Positions 23,974-33,640 of a stretch of 34,555 nt of DNA are shown here, piece after piece. A model generated the notes under the pieces. The model worked only from the letters and a program-made list of their open reading frames with translations. It was not told the DNA's origin and ran no database searches. Source of the DNA: Verrucomicrobiota bacterium (GTDB lineage Bacteria > Verrucomicrobiota > Verrucomicrobiia > Chthoniobacterales > JAFAMB01); the NCBI GenBank assembly GCA_019242435.1, contig JAFAVN010000187.1:1-34555 (forward strand), read 5' to 3'. The translations under genes and the position numbers were made by a program. Each line of letters begins with the position of its first letter. Within the stretch, counting starts at the first letter, position 1.

Positions 23974-25191
23974 CTACCTCTCACTGATGCCTTTCACTGG
24001 TCCACCAGACACCCGAACTAACATCCCGTCGGAAAGGCTATCGACAGGATTAACAATCACTTGATCGGTGGGTGATATGCCATCAACGATTTCTAATTGG
24101 CCTCCCAGATCCCTACCTATTTTAATTTTCTTGATTCGCACGCGGCCGTCCGGTCCCACCACCCCCAGCGCTGTTCCTTCCGACCGGAACAAAAGCGCGT
24201 TAGCAGGTACTAGCAACGACTGTGGGCCGCTTGTGTCCAGGTGAACCGGTGCATAGGCACCCGGCAAAAGCTGCTCCGAATCGTTAGCCACATCGATCTC
24301 CGTTAACAGGGTTCGGGAGTTCGGATCGATTGCCCGTGCCGTCCTCACCACTTTGCCCTGGAACTTCTGTCCGGGAAACTCGTTAAACGTGACCGTAGCA
24401 GGGCCGCTTACTTGCACGTAGCCCGCCATCCTCTCCGGCACGTTCACGTAAATGCGCAGGGGTGAAACCTGGGCCATGGTAAAGAGGGGCGCTCCGGATC
24501 CGGCGTTTACAATCTGACCAATGTCGGTGTTCCTGGCTATCACGACACCCGTAAATGGGGCTCGGACTATTTTGAAGTCTTGCAAGGCCTGCAATTGCGA
24601 AACCGCGGCGGCATTCGCATTGACCGTGGCCTCCTTCGACCGGAAATCGCTCTCCGCTGTATCGAAATCCTGCTGGGCAATCACCTTTCTTTGTAAAAGA
24701 TCCCGGTCCCTGGCATAGGTAACGCGAGCGAGATCCAGCGCAGCCTGTGCCTGGCGCAGGTTAGCCTTAGCCTGGTTGAGCTGTTGATCGACTTGCGGCG
24801 TATCAATCTCCGCCAGAACGTCCCCTGCCTTCACTTTCGCGCCGATGTCGAAGTACCAGCGCTTCAGGTAACCAGTGGTTTGAGCGAAGATGGGTGATTG
24901 AATATAGGCTTGCGTCTGCCCGGGCAAATCGAGTGATACCGTTGCGGGCGCTTTTTCTGGTGTTACCACGGCGACACTCAATTCTGCGGCGCTATTAGTC
25001 TGTAGTTGCAAAGCAGTGGCGGAAGCAGATCGGGAACGAATGCCCATCACTGCCAATACACCGAATCCGGCCAAGCCAAATAGGATCATCAGGGTGATCG
25101 GCCAAGCGCGCCGGCTCTTTACAGGTGAGCTCTCCCGTAACGTGCGTCCAGCCGGTTGGTCCGGCTTACATTCCAGAGTGCTTGCGTTCAT
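23974..25191 (-). CDS. RND efflux periplasmic adaptor (membrane fusion protein, HlyD family)
   Basis: 405 aa with an N-terminal TM anchor, a coiled-coil hairpin (QQLNQAKANLRQAQAALDLARV), a lipoyl-like segment and beta-barrel domains. Confidence 0.9.
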   Translation of the reverse strand: MNASTLECKPDQPAGRTLRESSPVKSRRAWPITLMILFGLAGFGVLAVMGIRSRSASATALQLQTNSAAELSVAVVTPEKAPATVSLDLPGQTQAYIQSPIFAQTTGYLKRWYFDIGAKVKAGDVLAEIDTPQVDQQLNQAKANLRQAQAALDLARVTYARDRDLLQRKVIAQQDFDTAESDFRSKEATVNANAAAVSQLQALQDFKIVRAPFTGVVIARNTDIGQIVNAGSGAPLFTMAQVSPLRIYVNVPERMAGYVQVSGPATVTFNEFPGQKFQGKVVRTARAIDPNSRTLLTEIDVANDSEQLLPGAYAPVHLDTSGPQSLLVPANALLFRSEGTALGVVGPDGRVRIKKIKIGRDLGGQLEIVDGISPTDQVIVNPVDSLSDGMLVRVSGGPVKGISER

Positions 25192-25218
25192 AAATTGCGA
25201 TTAGTTCCCATTGGATGT

Positions 25219-28200
25219 TTAGGCCGCCGCGGGTTCCGCGGAGCTAGGACGAGTCGAGGAGGAACGCGATTTGCGCACTAACATGAAAACGGTAGGCACG
25301 AAAAACAGAGTGGCCGCAGTCGCAAAAATCAAACCACCGATAACCGCTCGCCCCAACGGCGCGTTTTGTTCACCGCCTTCTCCCAAGCCAAGCGCCATCG
25401 GCACCATGCCGATAATCATGGCCAGGGCTGTCATTAACACCGGGCGCAGCCGAACGTAACCGGCTTGCAGAGCTGCCCGATAGGAATCCTTCAATTCCGT
25501 CCGCTGTTCATTCGCAAAGGTGACAACCAGCACGCTATTAGCAGTGGCAACGCCCATACACATGATGGCGCCCATCAATGCCGGAACACTGAGCGTGGTG
25601 TGAGTGATAAATAACATCCAGACAATACCCGACAAAGCGCATGGTAAAGCCGTAATAATGATGAACGGCTCGATCCAGGATTGGAAGTTAATTACCATTA
25701 AGAGGTAAACGAGCACCATCGAAAATAACAGACCGAGGTACAATCCGACGAAAGATTCGTTCATGGTCCGTATCTGCCCACGAAGGTTGATCGTGCTGCC
25801 TTTTGGCAAATCCTTCTGTGAGCTGTCCACAAGTTTCTGCACATCCGCCGCCACGGCTCCGAGATCTCTGCCGGACACGTTAGCGTAAATATTCAATACC
25901 GGCCGAAGGTTGTAATGGTCGGCTACCGGAAAGGTCGGGCTCCGGCCAATATCAGCCACATTGCCTAGGATCTGCAGGGTCTGGCCGTTGCCGCCTAAGA
26001 TCGGCAGATTTCGTAGGGCGTCCAAAGAATCAATGTCGTACTGTGGCGACATCGCGTTGATCTGATAATTGACTTCGTTCTTGGGATCGACCCAAAAGTT
26101 CGGATTCGTGGTTTGCGATCCACTGAGCGCACCTAGAACAGAGGAGGCCACCTGAGTTTGAGTTAACCCGAGCAAAGCCGCCTTTGAGCGATCAACCGCA
26201 ATGTCCAGCCGGGGTGCATCGGTCGGTTCTTGAATTCTTACGTCCACGGCGCCGGCGACGTGACGCACTTTCTCCATCAGCGCTCGGGCAAACGCAGCGT
26301 TAGCAGCTCGATTTGCGCCGATAACCTGGATATCTAACGGCGCCGGCAATCCGAAGTTGAGAATCTGAGCAACGATGTCAGCCGGCGGAAACCAATAACC
26401 TACACTTGGAAAATCCCGCTGCAGCCGCTGACGAATAGTCTGCACAAACTTGTCTGTGGGATCATGCTTTTCATCGAGCGAGACCAGGATGTCGGCGTCG
26501 GCCGAGCTCATCGTCCCGGTATTGTTATAAGAGAGATTGATCCCGCTGTAAGGAATCCCGAGGTTATCGATGATTCCTTGTAACTGGTTGGCTGGAATCA
26601 CCTGGCGGATCATCGCTTCGATTAAATCCACGTTGCGGGCCGTCTCCTCGATTCGCATTCCGGTTCTCATGCGCACGTGCAAGTCGAATCGGCCGGCGTC
26701 GACATTGGGGAAGAAATTCTGCCCGAGGAACGGGACCAAACACATCGACACGGCGGCAAACCCAACCACCAATACGATCACTTTTCGGGCGTTGCGAAGG
26801 CAAAGACTTAACAGATCGCGATAGGCTTCCCGAAAAGATTCAAACTGTCGCTCAAAACCCCGGTGGATGCCACCAAACCAACCAAAAAGCCGGAAACGAC
26901 GTCTCGGCGAATCCGTCTTTGCCTGCGCACCAGGCCCATGCCCCCTGTGACCCGTTTCTTCTTTCATCCAGTACATCGCTAGCGTTGGCACCAAAGTTCG
27001 CGACAGGATGTAAGAAGCGAGCATCGCGAAAATGACGGCCTCTGCTAAGGGCGTGAACAGGTACTTTGCTACTCCGGAGAGGAAGAAAATCGGAACGAAT
27101 ACGATACAGATACAAAGGGTAGAAACGAACGCCGGAACCGCAATTTGACCGGCGCCCTCACGGATGGCGTCCAATTTTGGTTTACCCTCAGCCAGGTGAC
27201 GATCGATGTTTTCTATCGTCACCGTCGCGTCGTCAACCAGGATACCCACGGCCAATGCCAGACCGCCTAAAGTCATAATGTTGATCGTTTCGCCTAGCGC
27301 ACTTAACGTCACAATCGAACAGAGGATGGCCAACGGGATAGAAATGGCGATAATCATCGTGCTGCGGAAGTCACCCAGGAAGAGCAGGATCATTAAAGCC
27401 GTCAGACAGGCGGCGATTACCCCTTCTCGAACCACCCCTCCAATCGCCGCCGTAACAAAGATGGACTGGTCAGCCAACAACTGTAGGTTGAGCGCGTCCG
27501 GTAACGTCTTCTTCAGTTCGGGCAACATCTTCTTGATCCCGCTGACGATGTCCAAGGTCGATGCATTTCCGGTCTTTTGAATATCCAACATCGTGGCGCG
27601 CTGCCCGTTGAATCGGACCACGTTGGTTTGTGGAATGTTTCCATCCCGAACGTTAGCAACGTCGCGGACATAAATAATACTGTTGCCAACGGTTTTGACT
27701 GGAATCGCGTTCAACTCGGCGATGGACCGGGGGCTGGAGTTGAGACCCACTTGGTATTCCGTCTCGCTGATCTTCACCGTGCCTGCCGGCAAGGTGAGAT
27801 TCTGGGCATTGATGGCGTTTACCACGTCAAACGGCGTCAAACCCCGAGCCTGCAAAGCCTGATAATTGAGGTCGACCTCGACGTACCGCTGCTTGCCGCC
27901 GTAAGGATAAGGAAGCGCCGCGCCGGGGACCGTAATCAATTGCGTGCGGACAAAGTTTAAGCCGTAGTCATTCAACTGCTGCTCCGACATGCCTTTGCCG
28001 CTTAGTCCCACCCGCAGCACCGGCACGTTCGTCGCACTGTAACTCAGCACCAACGGGGGCGTAATCCCAGGAGGCAACTGCTTCAAAATGGCTTGAGAAA
28101 CTGAGGTGACCTGAGCGATGCCGGTCGGCACGTTAGCATACGGCTGCAGGAAAATCTTTACTACCCCAATACCGTATAGCGACTGGGATTCAATGTGTCC

Positions 28201-28434
28201 GATGTTATCGACGGTGGTGGTAAGGACTCGCTCGTAGGGCCAAGTGATTTTCTCCTCCATATCCTGAGGAGAAAGACCCCCGTAGTTCCAGATGACCGAG
28301 ATCACCGGAATATTGATGGCGGGAAAAATATCCTTCGGCGTCCGAAGGATCGCCAGGACTCCGGCGATCAAGATAAAAATTGATAGTACGATGAAAGTGT
28401 AAGGCCGCCGTAGTGCCAGATTAACGATCCACAT
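25219..28434 (-). CDS. RND efflux permease (AcrB/AcrD/AcrF family)
   Basis: 1071 aa starting MWIVNLALRRPYTFIVLSIFILIAG. It has the typical 12-TM organisation with two large periplasmic loops, and its stop lies 27 nt upstream of the adaptor gene start. Confidence 0.95.
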   Translation of the reverse strand: MWIVNLALRRPYTFIVLSIFILIAGVLAILRTPKDIFPAINIPVISVIWNYGGLSPQDMEEKITWPYERVLTTTVDNIGHIESQSLYGIGVVKIFLQPYANVPTGIAQVTSVSQAILKQLPPGITPPLVLSYSATNVPVLRVGLSGKGMSEQQLNDYGLNFVRTQLITVPGAALPYPYGGKQRYVEVDLNYQALQARGLTPFDVVNAINAQNLTLPAGTVKISETEYQVGLNSSPRSIAELNAIPVKTVGNSIIYVRDVANVRDGNIPQTNVVRFNGQRATMLDIQKTGNASTLDIVSGIKKMLPELKKTLPDALNLQLLADQSIFVTAAIGGVVREGVIAACLTALMILLFLGDFRSTMIIAISIPLAILCSIVTLSALGETINIMTLGGLALAVGILVDDATVTIENIDRHLAEGKPKLDAIREGAGQIAVPAFVSTLCICIVFVPIFFLSGVAKYLFTPLAEAVIFAMLASYILSRTLVPTLAMYWMKEETGHRGHGPGAQAKTDSPRRRFRLFGWFGGIHRGFERQFESFREAYRDLLSLCLRNARKVIVLVVGFAAVSMCLVPFLGQNFFPNVDAGRFDLHVRMRTGMRIEETARNVDLIEAMIRQVIPANQLQGIIDNLGIPYSGINLSYNNTGTMSSADADILVSLDEKHDPTDKFVQTIRQRLQRDFPSVGYWFPPADIVAQILNFGLPAPLDIQVIGANRAANAAFARALMEKVRHVAGAVDVRIQEPTDAPRLDIAVDRSKAALLGLTQTQVASSVLGALSGSQTTNPNFWVDPKNEVNYQINAMSPQYDIDSLDALRNLPILGGNGQTLQILGNVADIGRSPTFPVADHYNLRPVLNIYANVSGRDLGAVAADVQKLVDSSQKDLPKGSTINLRGQIRTMNESFVGLYLGLLFSMVLVYLLMVINFQSWIEPFIIITALPCALSGIVWMLFITHTTLSVPALMGAIMCMGVATANSVLVVTFANEQRTELKDSYRAALQAGYVRLRPVLMTALAMIIGMVPMALGLGEGGEQNAPLGRAVIGGLIFATAATLFFVPTVFMLVRKSRSSSTRPSSAEPAAA

Positions 28435-28516
28435 GTTAATATCCTTCCCCTGTCCCTGGGATGAATGTTCTACGACTATCGATCTTTCGGCCTGTTCCCG
28501 AAAATGCTATACTAGG

Positions 28517-28527
28517 ATCAATTTGAT
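28517..28527. promoter_or_regulatory. Palindrome ATCAA-T-TTGAT in the LysR/RND divergent region (possible LTTR box)
   Basis: A perfect 5+1+5 palindrome lies 12 nt upstream of the lysR-type ATG. A TATACT -10-like hexamer sits at 28508-28513. Confidence 0.3.
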
Positions 28528-28538
28528 ACCTTATAAGC

Positions 28539-29447
28539 ATGAATCGCCCTGGCATCCGTGAGTTGGAATGCTTCGTGGCGGTCGCTGAAGAATTGCATTT
28601 CTCGAAAGCGGCCAAGCGCTTGCATATGTCTCAACCGCCGTTGAGCCGGCAAATCCAATCCCTGGAACAGAAGCTTGGCGTACAGCTATTGAAGCGCAAG
28701 ACTCGGCTGGTAGAGCTCACCGCCCCCGGCCGCAATTTTCTAAATGACGCCCGAGAGATTCTGTATCGCCTGGACCGGTCAGTCATCGCCGTCCAACGGA
28801 TGCAGCAGGGCGAGGATGAACGGTTGCGCCTGGGCTTCATCGGTTATTTGCTGGCTCCAGATCTGATCGAGGTTCTGCGCTCTTTTCGAGAAGCACGCCC
28901 TCAATGCCAGGTGGAATTGGTGGATATGGAGCCGGGCGATCAACTCGCTGATATTCGTGAAGGAAAAATGGACGGAGGTTTTTTCGGGATTGGCCCTAAC
29001 GAACCGCTTTGGGACCTTAAAGCCTTCAATTGGAAAACGGTGCCCCTGGTTATTGTGCTTCCGGAGAATCACCGGCTGGCAAATAAAAACTGCAAGCTGA
29101 CCCTGGCCCATTTGAGAGATGAGAATTGGGTCATGGTCTCTCGAACCAGAGCGGCCGCTTTTCGGCGGTTGATCGACGAGTTGTGCGAGCCGGCCGGATT
29201 TTTGCCCCACATCGTCCAGGAATCCGACAGCGTGCAGGCTGTCATGGCTATGGTCGCCGCCGGGACCGGGATCACTATCGTTTCCGAAACGCTCACCCGA
29301 ATGCTGGACCACGGCCTGGTTTATCGAACCTTGTCCTCGCGAGGTGCAGTCCTGCGACGCAATTTTGTCTGGCGCGCCGGCACGGAATCCGAAGCCCTGA
29401 GGGTGTTCTATGAAGTTCTACGCCAATACCGGCAGGAAACGGGGTAG
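28539..29447 (+). CDS. LysR family transcriptional regulator
   Basis: It has the N-terminal HTH LECFVAVAEELHFSKAAKRLHMSQPPLSRQIQSLE and a C-terminal substrate-binding domain. It is transcribed divergently from the RND operon. Confidence 0.9.
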   Translation: MNRPGIRELECFVAVAEELHFSKAAKRLHMSQPPLSRQIQSLEQKLGVQLLKRKTRLVELTAPGRNFLNDAREILYRLDRSVIAVQRMQQGEDERLRLGFIGYLLAPDLIEVLRSFREARPQCQVELVDMEPGDQLADIREGKMDGGFFGIGPNEPLWDLKAFNWKTVPLVIVLPENHRLANKNCKLTLAHLRDENWVMVSRTRAAAFRRLIDELCEPAGFLPHIVQESDSVQAVMAMVAAGTGITIVSETLTRMLDHGLVYRTLSSRGAVLRRNFVWRAGTESEALRVFYEVLRQYRQETG

Positions 29448-29563
29448 CGTTTGGCGCTCGGCGTTTGACGTTTGGCGCTCGGCTGTGCATGTGCTGGCGG
29501 AGGGCCCGATCGGAGCCGATCACGTCGGGGCGAAAGCCTCGGTGCGCGCTTAATGCCGCCGAC

Positions 29564-30379
29564 CTACTCTCGCACCGCATCTTTCTCCTCTTCCGTCAGG
29601 ACGAAGGGGCGAAAGTCGATGTCCATAAGATGAGCGAATCCGTCGACGCCTTTGACGGCCAAGGCACGATCTCCGGTCTGATTCGTAAACAACGGCTCAT
29701 CAATTTTCTTCCAAATGGCCACTGCCTGCTGATTTTTTCTATGCCCCCAACGGTAGGAGATATACTGCTTGCCTCTGGTGAACCGGCGGCACGTAACCGT
29801 GACCTCTACCAACTCCGGATGGTCTGCGGCCGCGCGTAAACGGCGTCGTAGTTTTAGCGTCCGCATACACGCCCAGATCGCGGCAAAAGCTGCTGCCAGT
29901 GCGAATAGCAAGGCTACCGCCAGGCTAATCTCCCGATTCAACAACAGGTCCAGCGCGTAAGACACCGTGGCTACTCTCGGATCCGCTTTCAGGTAATAAA
30001 TCACGGGCTCCTTGGAATCATCGAGATTACCGACAAAAAAGATATCTTTGTTTCGTTCAAACGAAGTAGTATCGCCGCCTTCCGCCCGGACGGTATACTC
30101 GAGTTTTAGATCGCCCCAATTAGTGAACAGATGCGTATGCAGGTCCCCGCTTACGATGCCATTCAGCGCGGGAGCGCCTTCTTTGGCAAGCTGCGCGTCT
30201 TCCAAAATCCCGGGCACCAAGGCCAATGCGAAAATCAGGGAACATCCCGCAAAAAACAACGCAGCGAGGATCAAAAATAATACACTCCGCCTGGTGCCCG
30301 TCTTTTCCGAGATCTCCAACGGGTGCTTGGGAAAAGCTGCTAAGTTCATGACTGGTCCCCAGCTGGTGTCCTGTCCCAT
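29564..30379 (-). CDS. Two-TM membrane protein of unknown function
   Basis: The ORF is open to a TTG at 30406, with ATGs at 30379 and 30349. TM1 (VLFLILAALFFAGCSLIFALALV) is followed by a domain of about 95 aa, then TM2 (ISLAVALLFALAAAFAAIWAC), a basic stretch and a C-terminal domain of about 95 aa. Confidence 0.6.
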   Translation of the reverse strand: MGQDTSWGPVMNLAAFPKHPLEISEKTGTRRSVLFLILAALFFAGCSLIFALALVPGILEDAQLAKEGAPALNGIVSGDLHTHLFTNWGDLKLEYTVRAEGGDTTSFERNKDIFFVGNLDDSKEPVIYYLKADPRVATVSYALDLLLNREISLAVALLFALAAAFAAIWACMRTLKLRRRLRAAADHPELVEVTVTCRRFTRGKQYISYRWGHRKNQQAVAIWKKIDEPLFTNQTGDRALAVKGVDGFAHLMDIDFRPFVLTEEEKDAVRE

Positions 30380-30557
30380 AAATAGCTTGGCTTTTGTTTC
30401 GATCAAAGTGGGCTGCCGGCGGCCAGAGCCATGTTACTTATGGGATGGGAAACGGGTATTAGAGAAATCGGAAACGGGAATCTGTTGTGTCATTTTTCGT
30501 ATGATATTTGTCATTCTCTTGATTCCGGCTCAGGATAGAGCTGACTAGATTCGGACC

Positions 30558-31991
30558 ATGTTCCCCCTTCGAGTTGGATTGTTCGGCATCGGCCTGGATG
30601 CTTATTGGCCGCAGTTCCAAGGCCTAAAGGGCCGGTTGGAGCAAAACATCCGAATTCTTGGGCAAAAGCTGAACCGGCCTGGAGTTGAGATCGTCAATCT
30701 CGGTCTGATTGACTCACCCGCCAGCGCTATGGAAGCCGGGCATCGGTTCCGTCGCGAGGACATCGATCTCCTCTTTCTCTATGTAACAACCTACGCGCTT
30801 TCCTCGACGGTACTTCCGTTGGTACAGCGGGTCCGAGCGCCGGTTATCGTACTGAATCTATCGCCTGCCGCCAGTATTGATTACGCCTCCTTTAACGCTC
30901 TGAACGATCGCACCAGAATGACCGGCGAATGGCTGGCATTTTGTTCGGCTTGCCCTGTACCGGAAATCGCGAATGTGTTTCGCCGCGCAGGAGTTCGCTT
31001 TTTTCAAATTACCGGCGTTCTGGAAGGAGACGCGATCGCGGATTCAGAGATCGAATCCTGGATTGAAGCAGCGCGCGTGGCATCAGTGCTGGCTCATAAT
31101 CGGCTCGGTCTTATGGGCCATTACTACGGGGGCATGCTTGATATCTATTCCGATGTCACTCTGCAATGCGCCACATTTGGCGGGCATGCTGAGATCGTGG
31201 AGGTAGACGAGCTGTCTGCTCTCCGAAAACACGTTAGCGAAAAGGAAATCGGACAGCGCCTATCGGAGTTTCAGTCTGCTTTTGATATTCAGCCGGATTG
31301 CTCAAAAGCGGAACTTGAACGCGCAGCCCGGACCTCGGTTGCCTTGGATCGTCTGGTTTCAACGCACGACCTCGGCTCGATGGCCTACTATTATTCCGGC
31401 ACCGGGAACGTCGAAAACGAGGACGCGATGAGCTCCATCATTCTGGGCAACTCGCTTTTGACGGCTCGCGGAATTCCGGTCGCCGGCGAATACGAGATCA
31501 AGAACGCGCAGGCCATGAAAATCTTGGATACCTTCGGGGCGGGTGGCTCATTTACCGAGTATTACGCCCTGGATTTCGCTGATGACGTGATTCTGATGGG
31601 ACACGACGGTCCTGGACATATCGGCATCGCCGAAGGCAAAACGAAAGTGCGGCCGTTACCGGTCTATCACGGAAAAGTAGGTAGCGGTCTTTCGGTGGAA
31701 ATGTCGGTTCGGCATGGGCATGTGACCCTTCTTTCAGTAGTAGAAACAGCGGAGGGAAAACTCGCTTTCCTGGTCGCGGAAGGGGAGTCGGTTCCCGGCC
31801 CAATTCTCGAGATCGGCAATACAAATAGCCGATATCGATTCAAAACAGGTGCTCGCGCCTTCGTTGAAAGCTGGAATTCTTTCGGCCCGGCACACCACTG
31901 CGCGGTGGGAATTGGCTGGATCGCTGAGAAGATTCGGAAGCTGGGGCTGTTGCTGGGAATCGAAACGCACCAGGTCGGAGAAAGGAAGTGA
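30558..31991 (+). CDS. L-arabinose isomerase (AraA)-like sugar isomerase family protein
   Basis: 477 aa. Segments GEYEIKNAQAMKIL, ILMGHDGPGHI and GPAHHCAVGIG align by eye with E. coli AraA GEGDWKTAALLRIM, LVLGSHMLEV and GGAHHTVFS. Confidence 0.75.
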   Translation: MFPLRVGLFGIGLDAYWPQFQGLKGRLEQNIRILGQKLNRPGVEIVNLGLIDSPASAMEAGHRFRREDIDLLFLYVTTYALSSTVLPLVQRVRAPVIVLNLSPAASIDYASFNALNDRTRMTGEWLAFCSACPVPEIANVFRRAGVRFFQITGVLEGDAIADSEIESWIEAARVASVLAHNRLGLMGHYYGGMLDIYSDVTLQCATFGGHAEIVEVDELSALRKHVSEKEIGQRLSEFQSAFDIQPDCSKAELERAARTSVALDRLVSTHDLGSMAYYYSGTGNVENEDAMSSIILGNSLLTARGIPVAGEYEIKNAQAMKILDTFGAGGSFTEYYALDFADDVILMGHDGPGHIGIAEGKTKVRPLPVYHGKVGSGLSVEMSVRHGHVTLLSVVETAEGKLAFLVAEGESVPGPILEIGNTNSRYRFKTGARAFVESWNSFGPAHHCAVGIGWIAEKIRKLGLLLGIETHQVGERK

Positions 31992-31992
31992 C

Positions 31993-32011
31993 GGAGTAGT
32001 GGAGTAGTGGA
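31993..32011. repeat. Tandem 8-mer GGAGTAGT, 2.4 copies
   Basis: The array reads GGAGTAGT GGAGTAGT GGA immediately after the isomerase stop codon. A partial inverted partner lies at 32079-32097. Confidence 0.75.
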
Positions 32012-32140
32012 CAGGATCGACAAAGAACCGCTCGCGAAGCGCATGGGATCTGTGGTATGCGCTCATCACTCCCATCGTTCCATTGTTTCACCACTCCATT
32101 TCTCCACCACCCAACTCTCCATTTCCCCTAAACTCATTCC

Positions 32141-33640
32141 ATGACAGACGCTGTGCCGATTATTGAGCTACTCGGGATAACGAAGGCGTTCGGGAGTACA
32201 CCAGTTTTGGACGGGGTGGATTTGTCGTTGTTTCCTGGAGAGGTTCACGCATTACTGGGAGAAAACGGCGCGGGCAAAAGCACTTTGGTGAAGATCATGT
32301 CCGGCGTGCATGCCCCAGACAAAGGGATGATTCGGGTGGCGGGGAGAGAGACCGAGTTCAGAGGCCCGGCTCAAGCTCAACAGGCCGGTATAGCTGTAAT
32401 TTATCAGGAGCCGACACTTTTTCCTGATCTTTCCATCGCCGAAAACATCTACATGGGCCGGCAACCCCGGCGAACCGCCGGAATGATTGATTACCCGGCC
32501 ATGTTCAAAGGAGTCACCGGCATTATGAATCAGCTGGGGGTTGCTCTCCGTCCGCAGGATCCCGTGTTGGGCTTGAGTATCGCCGACCAGCAAATCGTGG
32601 AGATCGCGAAAGCGCTCACCTTCGCTGCCAAAGTACTGATAATGGATGAACCGACAGCGGCGCTCTCCTCTGCCGAAGTTGCCCGGCTGTTTGCGGTCGT
32701 AAAGCGATTGAGAGCACAGGGAGTAGCTCTTCTTTTTATCTCCCACCGATTGGAAGAAGTGTTCTCTATCAGCCAGCGAGTGACCATTCTTCGAGACGGG
32801 CAGCTGATCGCTTCCGGTCCTGTGACGGTATTCACCACTGAGGATGTCATCCGCAAGATGGTGGGGCGAGCGCTAATAAACCTGTTTCCGAAGGAAGCCG
32901 GTGAGATCGGCCGGCCGATTCTGAGCGTTCGCCGGCTAGGGCGAGCAGGCGTGTTCAGGGACATCTCGTTTGACGTAAATGCGGGCGAGATTGTCGCCCT
33001 TGCCGGGCTGGTTGGAGCGGGCAGAACCGAGGTGGCCCGCGCCATCTTCGGGATCGACCCGTTGGACGAAGGCGAAGTCAAAATAAACGGAACTGTTTCA
33101 ACAAATTTTGCTCCGGCGACCGCCATGGCAGCCGGTATCGCGTTTGTGCCCGAGGACCGTCAGCAGCAGGGCCTGGTGATGGAACTCTCAGCAAAACGGA
33201 ACGCCACTCTCACGCTGCTAAACCGGCTACATCGGTTCGGTTTGATGGAGCCGAAGAAGGAAAAGGTTCTCGCTCAGGAATGGACGGAGCGGCTCCAGTT
33301 TCGCGGCCATCTGGAAGAGCCGGTCCGGGTATTGTCCGGTGGCAACCAGCAAAAGGTCGTTTTAGCGAAATGGCTGGCTACTCAACCCAAACTCCTGATC
33401 GTTGATGAACCAACAAGAGGGATTGATGTCGGAGCGAAAGCCGAAGTCCATCGGACTTTGTCTCACCTGGCGAACCGGGGCATGGGGATTTTGATGATTT
33501 CCAGTGAGATGCCGGAGGTGCTGGGGATGGCAGATCGGGTCCTGGTGATGCACGAAGGGAAGCTCACCGGCGAATTTACCCGGGCGGAAGCCGATGAGGA
33601 AAAGATCATGGCGGCCGCAGCCGGCCATCAAACGCAATGA
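32141..33640 (+). CDS. Sugar ABC transporter ATP-binding protein (duplicated ABC cassette, RbsA/MglA/XylG type)
   Basis: 499 aa with Walker [10 protein letters not shown], the signature LSIADQQ, Walker B LIMDEPT, and a second-cassette signature LSGGNQQK with [11 protein letters not shown]. Confidence 0.95.
   Translation: MTDAVPIIELLGITKAFGSTPVLDGVDLSLFPGEVHALLGENGAGKSTLVKIMSGVHAPDKGMIRVAGRETEFRGPAQAQQAGIAVIYQEPTLFPDLSIAENIYMGRQPRRTAGMIDYPAMFKGVTGIMNQLGVALRPQDPVLGLSIADQQIVEIAKALTFAAKVLIMDEPTAALSSAEVARLFAVVKRLRAQGVALLFISHRLEEVFSISQRVTILRDGQLIASGPVTVFTTEDVIRKMVGRALINLFPKEAGEIGRPILSVRRLGRAGVFRDISFDVNAGEIVALAGLVGAGRTEVARAIFGIDPLDEGEVKINGTVSTNFAPATAMAAGIAFVPEDRQQQGLVMELSAKRNATLTLLNRLHRFGLMEPKKEKVLAQEWTERLQFRGHLEEPVRVLSGGNQQKVVLAKWLATQPKLLIVDEPTRGIDVGAKAEVHRTLSHLANRGMGILMISSEMPEVLGMADRVLVMHEGKLTGEFTRAEADEEKIMAAAAGHQTQ

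Noticed and set aside
32530-33126. 198-aa ORF on the minus strand (similar cases at 28779-29312 and 32252-32746)
   Set aside because: These ORFs are antisense to the clearly real ABC ATPase and LysR genes and have low-complexity Ser/Arg/Pro-rich translations.
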